From Lysobacterales bacterium (GTDB taxonomy: Bacteria > Pseudomonadota > Gammaproteobacteria > Xanthomonadales > SZUA-5), in assembly GCA_022844165.1 (NCBI GenBank), contig JALHMH010000001.1, positions 253,420 through 317,419 of the forward strand: a stretch of 64,000 bases of DNA, given 5' to 3'. Position 1 is the stretch's first letter; every line of letters begins with the position of its first letter. The notes under the pieces were generated by a model. The model did not search any database. It saw only the letters and a program-made list of their open reading frames with translations, and was not told the origin of the DNA. The position numbers and the translations under genes are program-made. Positions 56,217 to 64,000 of the stretch are shown piece by piece.

Positions 56217-57758
56217 TCAGGACGCAACCGGCAGGCTCAGTGGCGACCCTGGCCCAACAGGGATCCCAAGTATGATCCAGAGTACGAACAACAGGGTCCA
56301 ACCGATCAAGAACACGATCGAATACGGCAGCATCGTTGACACGAGCGTGCCGATGCCGGCGCCGGGCAGGTAGCGCTGCAGAAAGGCAATGATCAGCGCA
56401 AAATAACTCATCATCGGCGAGATGATATTGGTCACCGAATCGCCAACGCGATACGCGGTCTGCGTCACTTCGGGTGGATAGCCGAGCAGCATGAACATGG
56501 GCACGAACACTGGCGCCATCAGCGCCCATTTGGCGCTGGCTGAGCCCATGGCCAGGTTGATCGTCGCACACAGCAGAATGAAGGACACCAGCAAGGGAAT
56601 CTGATGGAGGCCCAGCGCCTTCAAGAACTCCGCGCCCTCAATGGCCATGATCAAACCCAGGTTCGTCCAGTTGAAGAAGGCAACGAACTGGGCGGCGAAA
56701 AACACCAGCACCATGTAACCGCCGAGCGTGCTCATTTGCTGGCTCATGCCCTTGATCACATCACGATCGCTCTTCACGGTGCCGGCACCGACGCCATAGG
56801 CGATGCCGAGCAGCACGCCGGCGATGAAAATGAACGACACAATGCCAACTAAAAACGGCGACTGCAAAATGGCGTCTTGACCGGTTGCGCCGAGCTTGCG
56901 CAAAAAGCCATCGGCTGGCACGAGGCCCCAAACCACCATCGCGCTGAGCGCAACAAACACCAGCGCCGCAAACTTGAGACCGCGCTTTTCGGCTGCGCTG
57001 AGCGGCTGGACTTTGTCCTGCTCGCCAGTTTCACCTTGGAATGCCGAAAACCGTGGTGCGACAATTTTTTCCGTCACCCACCAGCCCAATCCGGTGATCA
57101 AGAATGTAGAGACGAACATAAAGTAGTAATTCGCCATCGGCGAGACCACATACGCGGGATCGACGATTCGCGCCGCCTCCTGCGTCAAGCCAGCGAGCAG
57201 CGGATCGATCGTACCCAAAACAAGATTGGCGCTGTAGCCACCCGAAACGCCCGCGAATGCGGCCGCGACACCAAGGACGGGATGTCGGCCGGCAGCCAGG
57301 AAAATCAGTCCGGCCAGCGGCACGAGCAGTACGTAGCCGACTTCGGATGCTGCATTGCTCATCACGCCACAGAACACGACGATCGGTGTCAACAACACTC
57401 GCGGCGCATTGAGCACCAAAAGCCGCATCAGTGCGCCGATGAACCCACTCACTTCGGCAACGCCGATGCCGATCAGAGCAACCAGTACCGTGCCCAGCGG
57501 CGCAAAGCTCGTAAAGTTGGTAACCAGGCCAGTCATGATCCGATGCAGGCCCTCGATCGAAAGCAAGCTCACGGGTTGCACCAGATCGCCCGTCTTTGGA
57601 TGCGGCACAGCAAGGTCGAACTGCGCGGCGATGCCGGAAACCACGACGACGCCTAATGCCATCAGTGCAAAGAGGGTGGTTGGATCCGGCAAGGCATTGC
57701 CAACACGTTCGACCGAATTTAAAAAACGATCGACAGCGGTCTTCTTGGGATGGGTCAT
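56217..57758 (-). CDS. AbgT family transporter
   Basis: [48 protein letters not shown]. Confidence 0.93.
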   Translation of the reverse strand: MTHPKKTAVDRFLNSVERVGNALPDPTTLFALMALGVVVVSGIAAQFDLAVPHPKTGDLVQPVSLLSIEGLHRIMTGLVTNFTSFAPLGTVLVALIGIGVAEVSGFIGALMRLLVLNAPRVLLTPIVVFCGVMSNAASEVGYVLLVPLAGLIFLAAGRHPVLGVAAAFAGVSGGYSANLVLGTIDPLLAGLTQEAARIVDPAYVVSPMANYYFMFVSTFLITGLGWWVTEKIVAPRFSAFQGETGEQDKVQPLSAAEKRGLKFAALVFVALSAMVVWGLVPADGFLRKLGATGQDAILQSPFLVGIVSFIFIAGVLLGIAYGVGAGTVKSDRDVIKGMSQQMSTLGGYMVLVFFAAQFVAFFNWTNLGLIMAIEGAEFLKALGLHQIPLLVSFILLCATINLAMGSASAKWALMAPVFVPMFMLLGYPPEVTQTAYRVGDSVTNIISPMMSYFALIIAFLQRYLPGAGIGTLVSTMLPYSIVFLIGWTLLFVLWIILGIPVGPGSPLSLPVAS

Positions 57759-57871
57759 GGGATCGTGCTCGAATGCAGTGGCGAGATAGTAGAGTGGTCG
57801 CCCGGCAAAGCATAGACGCCCCTTCGCCCGGAACTACCAAGACTTGCCTGTCGTGGCCCCCGGGGTGCACT

Positions 57872-57898
57872 AAAAAGGCGCCGTTGCCGGCGCCTTTT
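57872..57898 (-). terminator. Rho-independent terminator after the OmpA gene (bidirectional form)
   Basis: AAAAAGGCGCCG-TTGC-CGGCGCCTTTT. Confidence 0.8.
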
Positions 57899-57917
57899 GG
57901 TGCACATTCGCAGCGGC

Positions 57918-58976
57918 TTATTGCTGCACGTTGAGCTCTGTACGGCGATTGCGGGCGCGACCTTCGGCTGTGTCGTTGGTGTCGATGGGACGCGACTCTC
58001 CATATCCGTTAACGCCGGCGATTCTCTCGGTACTCACCCCGTTTCCGGTGAGATAGTCGGCGACCACTTTGGCGCGACACTCGCTCAATCGCTGGTTATA
58101 AGCATCGGTGCCCACCGCATCGGTGTGACCGGCGACTTCAACGCGAATGGGATTCGCGCCGAGCACGGTCACAGCCGCATCCAGGATGGCGATTGCATCC
58201 GAACGCAGCGTGCATTTGTCGAAGTCGAAATTCACGCCTCGCAGATCGATACCGACCGGCACCGCACAGCCATCGGCGCCGACCATCATGCCAGTGGCTG
58301 TACCGGGGCATTTGTCGTCGCAGTTGTTAATGCCGTCGCCGTCATCATCCAAGTCAGCGCAGGTTTTTTCCGGCATCGGCGGTGGCGGTGGATCGTCCTG
58401 GGCGACTGCTGCCGGCGGTGAGGCGCGATCGCCCAGCGCTATGGTCACACCGAGGCTGGCGATGTAGTCGCTGTAATCATCGCGTGTCAGTAATGACTCA
58501 TCGTCGGCGTCGTAGCGATAGCCCACTTCGGCACGGAAATTGACGCGTTCATTCATGTTGCTGTGCAAGCCGACGCCGGCTTGGAATGCCCAGTCGCTGC
58601 CGCTGTCGGAGCGGTCGCGGTCGTGGCGCAAGGAGCCAACGCCAGCCATCACATAGGGACGCCAGTTGCCGCTATCGCTGAAATACATCCGCCCGGCGAC
58701 GCCCAGTCCCAGGTTTTCCCAATTGCCCGTGGCCAGGTCGAGGTCGGCGTTGTTGTGCATCAATTCCAGGTCAATTGCGAACCTCGGGTGGAAGAAGCGG
58801 CCAATGCCGACGCCCAACAACAGCGAGTTATCGGCATCACGTTTGTTGTCGGCGAACACGACGCCAGCCCGCGGAGCGATATACCAACGGTCATCGTAGT
58901 CAACGCTCTGCGCGACGCTCGTCTGCCCATACAGCGCCATCGCCAACGCGCCGACTAACACTCTATTTCTGTTCAT
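57918..58976 (-). CDS. OmpA family major outer membrane protein (OprF/MopB-like)
   Basis: Signal peptide, beta-barrel, Pro linker, DDDGDG/CP calcium-type repeats, VAGHTD, NQRLSE.RA, RARNRR. Confidence 0.93.
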   Translation of the reverse strand: MNRNRVLVGALAMALYGQTSVAQSVDYDDRWYIAPRAGVVFADNKRDADNSLLLGVGIGRFFHPRFAIDLELMHNNADLDLATGNWENLGLGVAGRMYFSDSGNWRPYVMAGVGSLRHDRDRSDSGSDWAFQAGVGLHSNMNERVNFRAEVGYRYDADDESLLTRDDYSDYIASLGVTIALGDRASPPAAVAQDDPPPPPMPEKTCADLDDDGDGINNCDDKCPGTATGMMVGADGCAVPVGIDLRGVNFDFDKCTLRSDAIAILDAAVTVLGANPIRVEVAGHTDAVGTDAYNQRLSECRAKVVADYLTGNGVSTERIAGVNGYGESRPIDTNDTAEGRARNRRTELNVQQ

Positions 58977-59035
58977 CGCTAACTCCCCGGTTAAATCCCT
59001 GACATTGCCCCAATTGCGATCCCGCGATTCGCAAA

Positions 59036-61108
59036 CTAACCGAAATCATAGGACATCGTGCGCTGCGGCTCTTGCAAAAAGTTCCCTTGCACGAAGTTGA
59101 CGCCCACCTGGAACAAGATCGACATGCTCGCCGCATCTTCGACGAATTCGGCCACGGTCATGCGCCCCAGTCCGCGCGCCTGTTCGCACATATCCCGAAT
59201 ACGCTGTTGATGTTCCTGGCTTTTGGACAAGTCCGTCATATAGCTGCGATCGAGCTTTACGTAGTTGGCGCTCACGTGCTTGAGCAACTGGAAGGAGTTC
59301 AGGCCGCTGCCGAACTGCTCCAGTGCGAAGCCGCAACGTAGTTGCTCCAAGCCCTTTTGGAAGAACTTCGCTTGTTTCAAATGAGTGACGACTTTGCTTT
59401 CGGGCATTTCAAAGACGAGCTTGTCGCCCGGAACCCGGGCTGCTTTCAGTTGCTGCGCCAACCAAGGCAGAAGCGTACCGTCTTCAATGGCGGGTGGCGT
59501 CAGTTTGACGAAAAAGGTTGTGTTACGTCCTTGTTTGATGCGCTCTTGCAGTACGCGGATGACATGCTCGATCACCCATCGATCGATTTGCGGCAAAAAG
59601 CCGAATCGTTCTGCTGGCGGCAAGAACTGACCGGGGAGTATTTCGCCCGATGGCCCTTCCAGCCGCAGCAAGACTTCGAAAAATTCGCCGTCGGCGCCCT
59701 GCAGCGAGACGATGGGTTGGTAGAACAGGATGAACTTGTCTTTCTCGATCGCCGTTTTGATGCGCTCGGCCCATTCACGGTCTTTTGCAGCGTCTGCCTT
59801 GTCTTGCGCTGCCGGATCAAAGCTCACCACCCGGTTGCCGCCATCTTTCTGCGCGCTGCGGCAGGCTTCGTTGGCCTTTTCCAGCACCATTGCAGAACCC
59901 GCCACTTTCTCGGTGAGAAAACACACGCCGACGCTCGCATTCAGACTCACCGAGCGCTCGCCGACTTCGAATATCCGTTCTTCGAACCGTTTGCGAATCT
60001 GTTCTGCCCATTGCGCTGCGGTATCGTGGTTGCGACCAACCGCAATCACCGTGAAGGCGTGATCGGCAAAACGCGCCATGATGTCGCTCTCGCCGGCCAG
60101 AGATTTCAACAAGGACGCAACATCACCCAGCAGGAGATCGGCGCCGCTGACCCCAATCTGGTCGAGCACTTTTCGATAGTTGTCGATCTCAATATAGAGC
60201 AGCGATTGATCGACCTTGCCACCCACGGCTGCGGCAACCGCACGATCGAGCTCACCAAGGAAATGCTGCCGGTTGTACAGGCCGGTCACCAGGTCCTGAC
60301 GCTTCAGGGCGTCCAATTGTTCTGCCAGTTCGGTGCTGCCGGTTTGTTGCCGGAAAATGATCTGGGTGGCCGGCTCCCCCTCAATGCTTGCTTCGGCCAT
60401 CTCCATCACGGCATCGAAGGTCGAACCATCCGCGCGCTGCGCCTCGACATTCAACCGCTCCGGCGGCTTTTCACCCTTGCTCAGGGTCTTAAGTACATTG
60501 CGAAATGACGCTGCATCCTTTGGCGAGATCAAGTCGAGTATGGCCAGCCCCTCGATCTCGTCGAATTCCTCGAAGTTGAACATCTCAAGGTACGCCCGAT
60601 TGGCGTAAACGTGCATGCCTTCATGCACATAGGCGATTGGATCGCGAGAACTGTCGAGCAGCGAATGGGCTCGTCGTTCGCTTTCGCGCCACGCGGCCTC
60701 GATCTTGCGCAGATTCCGCCGCGCCGTGAGGTTCTCGAACTCGCGCAACGCGATCGCCTTCAAATGCTCCGGGACAGTGCGCAGAGCAACATCGCGAGCC
60801 CCCTCTTTGAGCGACTTGATCACAATATCCTGGGTGAGCGAGTCGACGAGCTGCAGGAGGCACAAGTCCTTGCCGCTCTTGGAAATGATCGCCGACACTT
60901 CGGCCAGTCCGATCCTTTTGGCCTTGGGGCTCAGCAGCACCAGATCGGTTGCGGCATCCAATGCGGCTTTCAACTGATCGCCATCTTCGACCCGATTTGG
61001 TCTGACCGCGATACCGGCGTTGCGCAAAATGCTGATCACCTGTTCGGCGTCCTCCACCGAATCCTCAATCAGAAGGACGCGCAAAACCTTATCAGCCGCT
61101 TTAGCCAT
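59036..61108 (-). CDS. fimX: FimX-like REC-PAS-GGDEF-EAL c-di-GMP receptor (degenerate catalytic motifs)
   Basis: 690 aa; GGDEF replaced by RFADHAF, EVLLR, DDFG replaced by EQFG, QGNF. Confidence 0.8.
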   Translation of the reverse strand: MAKAADKVLRVLLIEDSVEDAEQVISILRNAGIAVRPNRVEDGDQLKAALDAATDLVLLSPKAKRIGLAEVSAIISKSGKDLCLLQLVDSLTQDIVIKSLKEGARDVALRTVPEHLKAIALREFENLTARRNLRKIEAAWRESERRAHSLLDSSRDPIAYVHEGMHVYANRAYLEMFNFEEFDEIEGLAILDLISPKDAASFRNVLKTLSKGEKPPERLNVEAQRADGSTFDAVMEMAEASIEGEPATQIIFRQQTGSTELAEQLDALKRQDLVTGLYNRQHFLGELDRAVAAAVGGKVDQSLLYIEIDNYRKVLDQIGVSGADLLLGDVASLLKSLAGESDIMARFADHAFTVIAVGRNHDTAAQWAEQIRKRFEERIFEVGERSVSLNASVGVCFLTEKVAGSAMVLEKANEACRSAQKDGGNRVVSFDPAAQDKADAAKDREWAERIKTAIEKDKFILFYQPIVSLQGADGEFFEVLLRLEGPSGEILPGQFLPPAERFGFLPQIDRWVIEHVIRVLQERIKQGRNTTFFVKLTPPAIEDGTLLPWLAQQLKAARVPGDKLVFEMPESKVVTHLKQAKFFQKGLEQLRCGFALEQFGSGLNSFQLLKHVSANYVKLDRSYMTDLSKSQEHQQRIRDMCEQARGLGRMTVAEFVEDAASMSILFQVGVNFVQGNFLQEPQRTMSYDFG

Positions 61109-61321
61109 GAGCGTTGTGGGGCACTTTGTGACGACGAGCGTGCGATTTTGACCGAAAGGCGGTGGCAATTGCCAGCACTCGCAGCGCGAATCGTGCTCTG
61201 TTGACCGAAATCATCTGCTTCGTGGAACGATGTCCGCAATCGACAAGACATGAAACGTTGCACGGTGGCAAGCTCTCAACCGGCTAGACTCACCCTGTGT
61301 CGACAGCGCTGAGCGCGAATC

Positions 61322-63733
61322 ATGGGCCGAACATTGCGGTGGACTTTAACCATGGGCCTGTCGATTCTGGCGCTCTGTGCCGCCGCTTCTCAAGCGGGCG
61401 AGGTGGTGCGCTTGGAGTACGATCGGGCGGAACAGCTCCAGTTACTGGGCAGCACCTTTGGTCATGTTGTTGTCGATCAGGACAACAAAGTAGCGATGGT
61501 CGAGGTCGATGGATACGCGAAGCGGCGCCTGGTGCATTTGGGGTTTCGCGTTTCGGTTGCCGCTGAGGCAAGCAAAGCTCTCCGTGAGGCGCGACCGATT
61601 GGTCGATCAAGCAAAACCATCGGCGGACTCGTCTGTTATCGCACCGTTGAGGAAACCTATGGCGCGATGGACGCGCTCGCAGTTGCGCGGCCGGACCTCG
61701 TGTCCATCACGGATATCGGGTCCTCCTGGCGGCTGACCCAGGGGCTTTCCGGTTACCCGCTGCGGGTGTTGGTGGCCACGAACTCGGCGTTTCCGGGGCC
61801 AAAGCCAAAGCTGTTCGTTATGAGCTCTGTGCATGCTCGCGAATACACACCTGCAGAAACGATGACGCGATTCGTCGAGTCGTTAGTCGCCAGCCATGGG
61901 CATGACCCCGACGCGACCTGGATGCTCGACCACCACGAACTGCACGTACTTCTGCAAGCCAATCCTGATGGGCGGAAAATCGCCGAAGCGCAGTGGGCTG
62001 CGAGCACAGGCCAACGCAAGAATGCCAATACTGGGTTCTGTGCGGCGACACGAACCGGTGTCGACCTCAATCGTAACTATCCGTTTGGGTGGAATTCAAC
62101 CAGTAGCGGCTCCAGCGGCGATCCGTGCAGCGATACGTTCCGCGGCCCGATTGCAGCCAGCGAGCCCGAGACGAATGCAGTCACTCAATACATACGTTCG
62201 ATCTTCGACGACGCGCGCGGTACCGATCTGAACGCCGCAGCGCCCGACGACACGCCAGGCATCTTTATTGATATGCACAGTTACTCGCGGCTGGTCTTGT
62301 GGCCCTGGGGTGCGACTAACGTCGCTGCGCCGAACGCCGGACCCCTGCAAACCTTGGGTCGGCGGCTTGCCTGGTTCAATGGTTACACGCCACAGCAATC
62401 GACCGGTCTATACCTGACAGATGGAACGACCATTGATTTTGCCTATGGCGAATTAGGCGTTGCAGCCTTCACGCTCGAACTGGGTGTGGCGTTCTTCGAG
62501 AGCTGCGGCACCTTTATCTCGACCGTGTTGCCGGACAACCTGCGCTCGCTGACCTATGCACTGCGCGTGGCGCGCGAGCCGTATCGACTGCCCGCAGGCC
62601 CGGGGGCGCGCGAGCTGCAGATCGTGCCGGATCTGGTCGTACGTGGTTCGCCGGCGTCCGTGACCGCGACGATGGATGACAGTCGCTTTTCGGTGACCTC
62701 CGCGCCACCAAATCCTGTCATTCAACCGCAGCATGCGATCGTGGCTGCCGAGGCTTTTGTTGCGGTGCCGCCCTGGCAAGCCGGCGCCACAGCGCTTGCG
62801 CTGTCGGCGGTCGATTCGAGCTTCAATTCAAGCGTCGAAGCCGTGTCCGGGACCATCGATACGGCCGATATGGCTGCCGGTCGCCATCTGGTTTTCGTGC
62901 GTGGACGCGATGCCAATGGCGATGCGACTCGCACCACCGGGCCGGTCTCCGCGGCTTTTTTACGCATCGTTGAACCTGATCAAATCGCCACGCTCAGTGG
63001 GCGCGTGCGTGCCTTGGCCGATGGGGCGCCGGTTGCAGCGACGCTGCGGGTCGATGGTCTGGCCGCGACCAGCAATCCCGCGAGCGGTCGTTACAACCGC
63101 TCACTTGCGCCAGGCACTTTTGCCCTGGAGGTGGTTGCGTCCGGGTATGAGACGCGACGGATCGAGTCGCTGTCGGTGGCGGCGGGCGCCCAGATCGTTC
63201 GCGATATCGATCTATATCGCTGGTGCCCGCGCATCAGCGAGGCCGGCGAACCATCGCAACCTACGGGGCTTGTTGCCGAATCGCCTTGGCAGCGTCGCGC
63301 AGGCGCCGGGATGGGCGGCGGTGGCGGCTGGATTGCAGGCAGCGGCACCAGCTATCCGGCCAATGCCAATGCGAGCCTGACCTCGTCGGTGCTCGATTTA
63401 TCGAAGGAGACAACGGTGGTGTTGCGCTTCGAACAACGTTGCGCAACCCAGGCGCGGTTTGACTTCGGCATCGTGGAAGTGCGGGCAGCGCCAGGCGCGC
63501 CGTGGACCGAGGTGCATCGTTGCGAGGGCGACGCAAACTGGCGGCGAATTGAGATCGAGCTACCCGCGCTGGCGGGCGCCGGCGCTGCGCAACTTCGATT
63601 CCGTTTCGCTTCCGATGCGACCGGTTCCGGCCAGGGGTTTGCGATCGACGATGTGCTGCTCGACACGATCGGCCCGGCTTGCAGGGCTGCGCAGGAAAGT
63701 GGGCCGATTTTCAGGGATGGATTCGAATCCTGA
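61322..63733 (+). CDS. Secreted M14 zinc carboxypeptidase with C-terminal accessory domains
   Basis: Signal peptide, HARE, NPDG, GVDLNRN, SEPET, DMHSY, FTLEL; ends PIFRDGFES. Confidence 0.92.
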   Translation: MGRTLRWTLTMGLSILALCAAASQAGEVVRLEYDRAEQLQLLGSTFGHVVVDQDNKVAMVEVDGYAKRRLVHLGFRVSVAAEASKALREARPIGRSSKTIGGLVCYRTVEETYGAMDALAVARPDLVSITDIGSSWRLTQGLSGYPLRVLVATNSAFPGPKPKLFVMSSVHAREYTPAETMTRFVESLVASHGHDPDATWMLDHHELHVLLQANPDGRKIAEAQWAASTGQRKNANTGFCAATRTGVDLNRNYPFGWNSTSSGSSGDPCSDTFRGPIAASEPETNAVTQYIRSIFDDARGTDLNAAAPDDTPGIFIDMHSYSRLVLWPWGATNVAAPNAGPLQTLGRRLAWFNGYTPQQSTGLYLTDGTTIDFAYGELGVAAFTLELGVAFFESCGTFISTVLPDNLRSLTYALRVAREPYRLPAGPGARELQIVPDLVVRGSPASVTATMDDSRFSVTSAPPNPVIQPQHAIVAAEAFVAVPPWQAGATALALSAVDSSFNSSVEAVSGTIDTADMAAGRHLVFVRGRDANGDATRTTGPVSAAFLRIVEPDQIATLSGRVRALADGAPVAATLRVDGLAATSNPASGRYNRSLAPGTFALEVVASGYETRRIESLSVAAGAQIVRDIDLYRWCPRISEAGEPSQPTGLVAESPWQRRAGAGMGGGGGWIAGSGTSYPANANASLTSSVLDLSKETTVVLRFEQRCATQARFDFGIVEVRAAPGAPWTEVHRCEGDANWRRIEIELPALAGAGAAQLRFRFASDATGSGQGFAIDDVLLDTIGPACRAAQESGPIFRDGFES

Positions 63734-63759
63734 TCAAGGTGCTTAGCCGATCAGAGCGA

Positions 63760-63915
63760 TCCGCTCAATCAAGGACTCTAAGGCGGGCTTTGGCTGTTGA
63801 AGTTCCCTTAAGTACAAGGGAGGGATTGAGCGCGCAGCGCTCAATGGGGGTTTTGGCGAGTACGCTGTCGGACGAAGCCAGCAATGCTCGGCGGTCTGAG
63901 GCGAAGCCTCGCTAG
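63760..63915 (+). repeat. Internally deleted copy of the dispersed repeat, preceded by an inverted left end
   Basis: GCTTTGGCTGTTGAAG, AGCGCTCAATGGGGGTTTTGGC, AATGCTCGGCGGTCTGAGGCGAAGCCTCGCTAG. Confidence 0.85.
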
Positions 63916-64000
63916 TGTGGTGTTCCGTCATTAAGTTGAACAATATTTCCGATGGATTTCGGCGTCAGGCAAGGCGCGACGAGGGTGAAAGTCGGTGGCT

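Overview
About 60% GC gammaproteobacterial chromosome segment. Gene content and protein motifs point to Xanthomonadales/Lysobacterales (inference). Most of the window is housekeeping: accD, queD, an aa3-type cytochrome c oxidase operon, dapB, the tRNA-Tyr/Gly/Thr-tuf-tRNA-Trp-secE-nusG-rplKAJL-rpoBC cluster, hemX/hemY, murA, kdsD-kdsC-lptCAB, an amidase, rlmB, OmpA and a FimX-like protein, plus secreted hydrolases (S8, M14, agmatine/peptidylarginine deiminase-like). The most unusual part is the first 3.8 kb. The 3' end of an Rhs toxin gene and a candidate immunity gene are followed by a head-to-tail array of modules that each begin at a GACACCC(AG) motif, three of them with short junction duplications. 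The array abuts a Y1-HUH (RAYT-like) transposase. The modules are variably truncated 3' ends of different alleles of that transposase, plus one foreign module carrying what looks like a fragment of another metallopeptidase toxin. Other signals: a dispersed, hairpin-rich ~250 bp repeat family (7 copies or fragments), a shared C-terminal 'F/LRxx/GFES' motif on two unrelated secreted enzymes, an sbtA-sbtB pair coupled to rlmB, and several broken canonical gene neighbourhoods. All calls come from reading the sequence by eye; no database searches were run.
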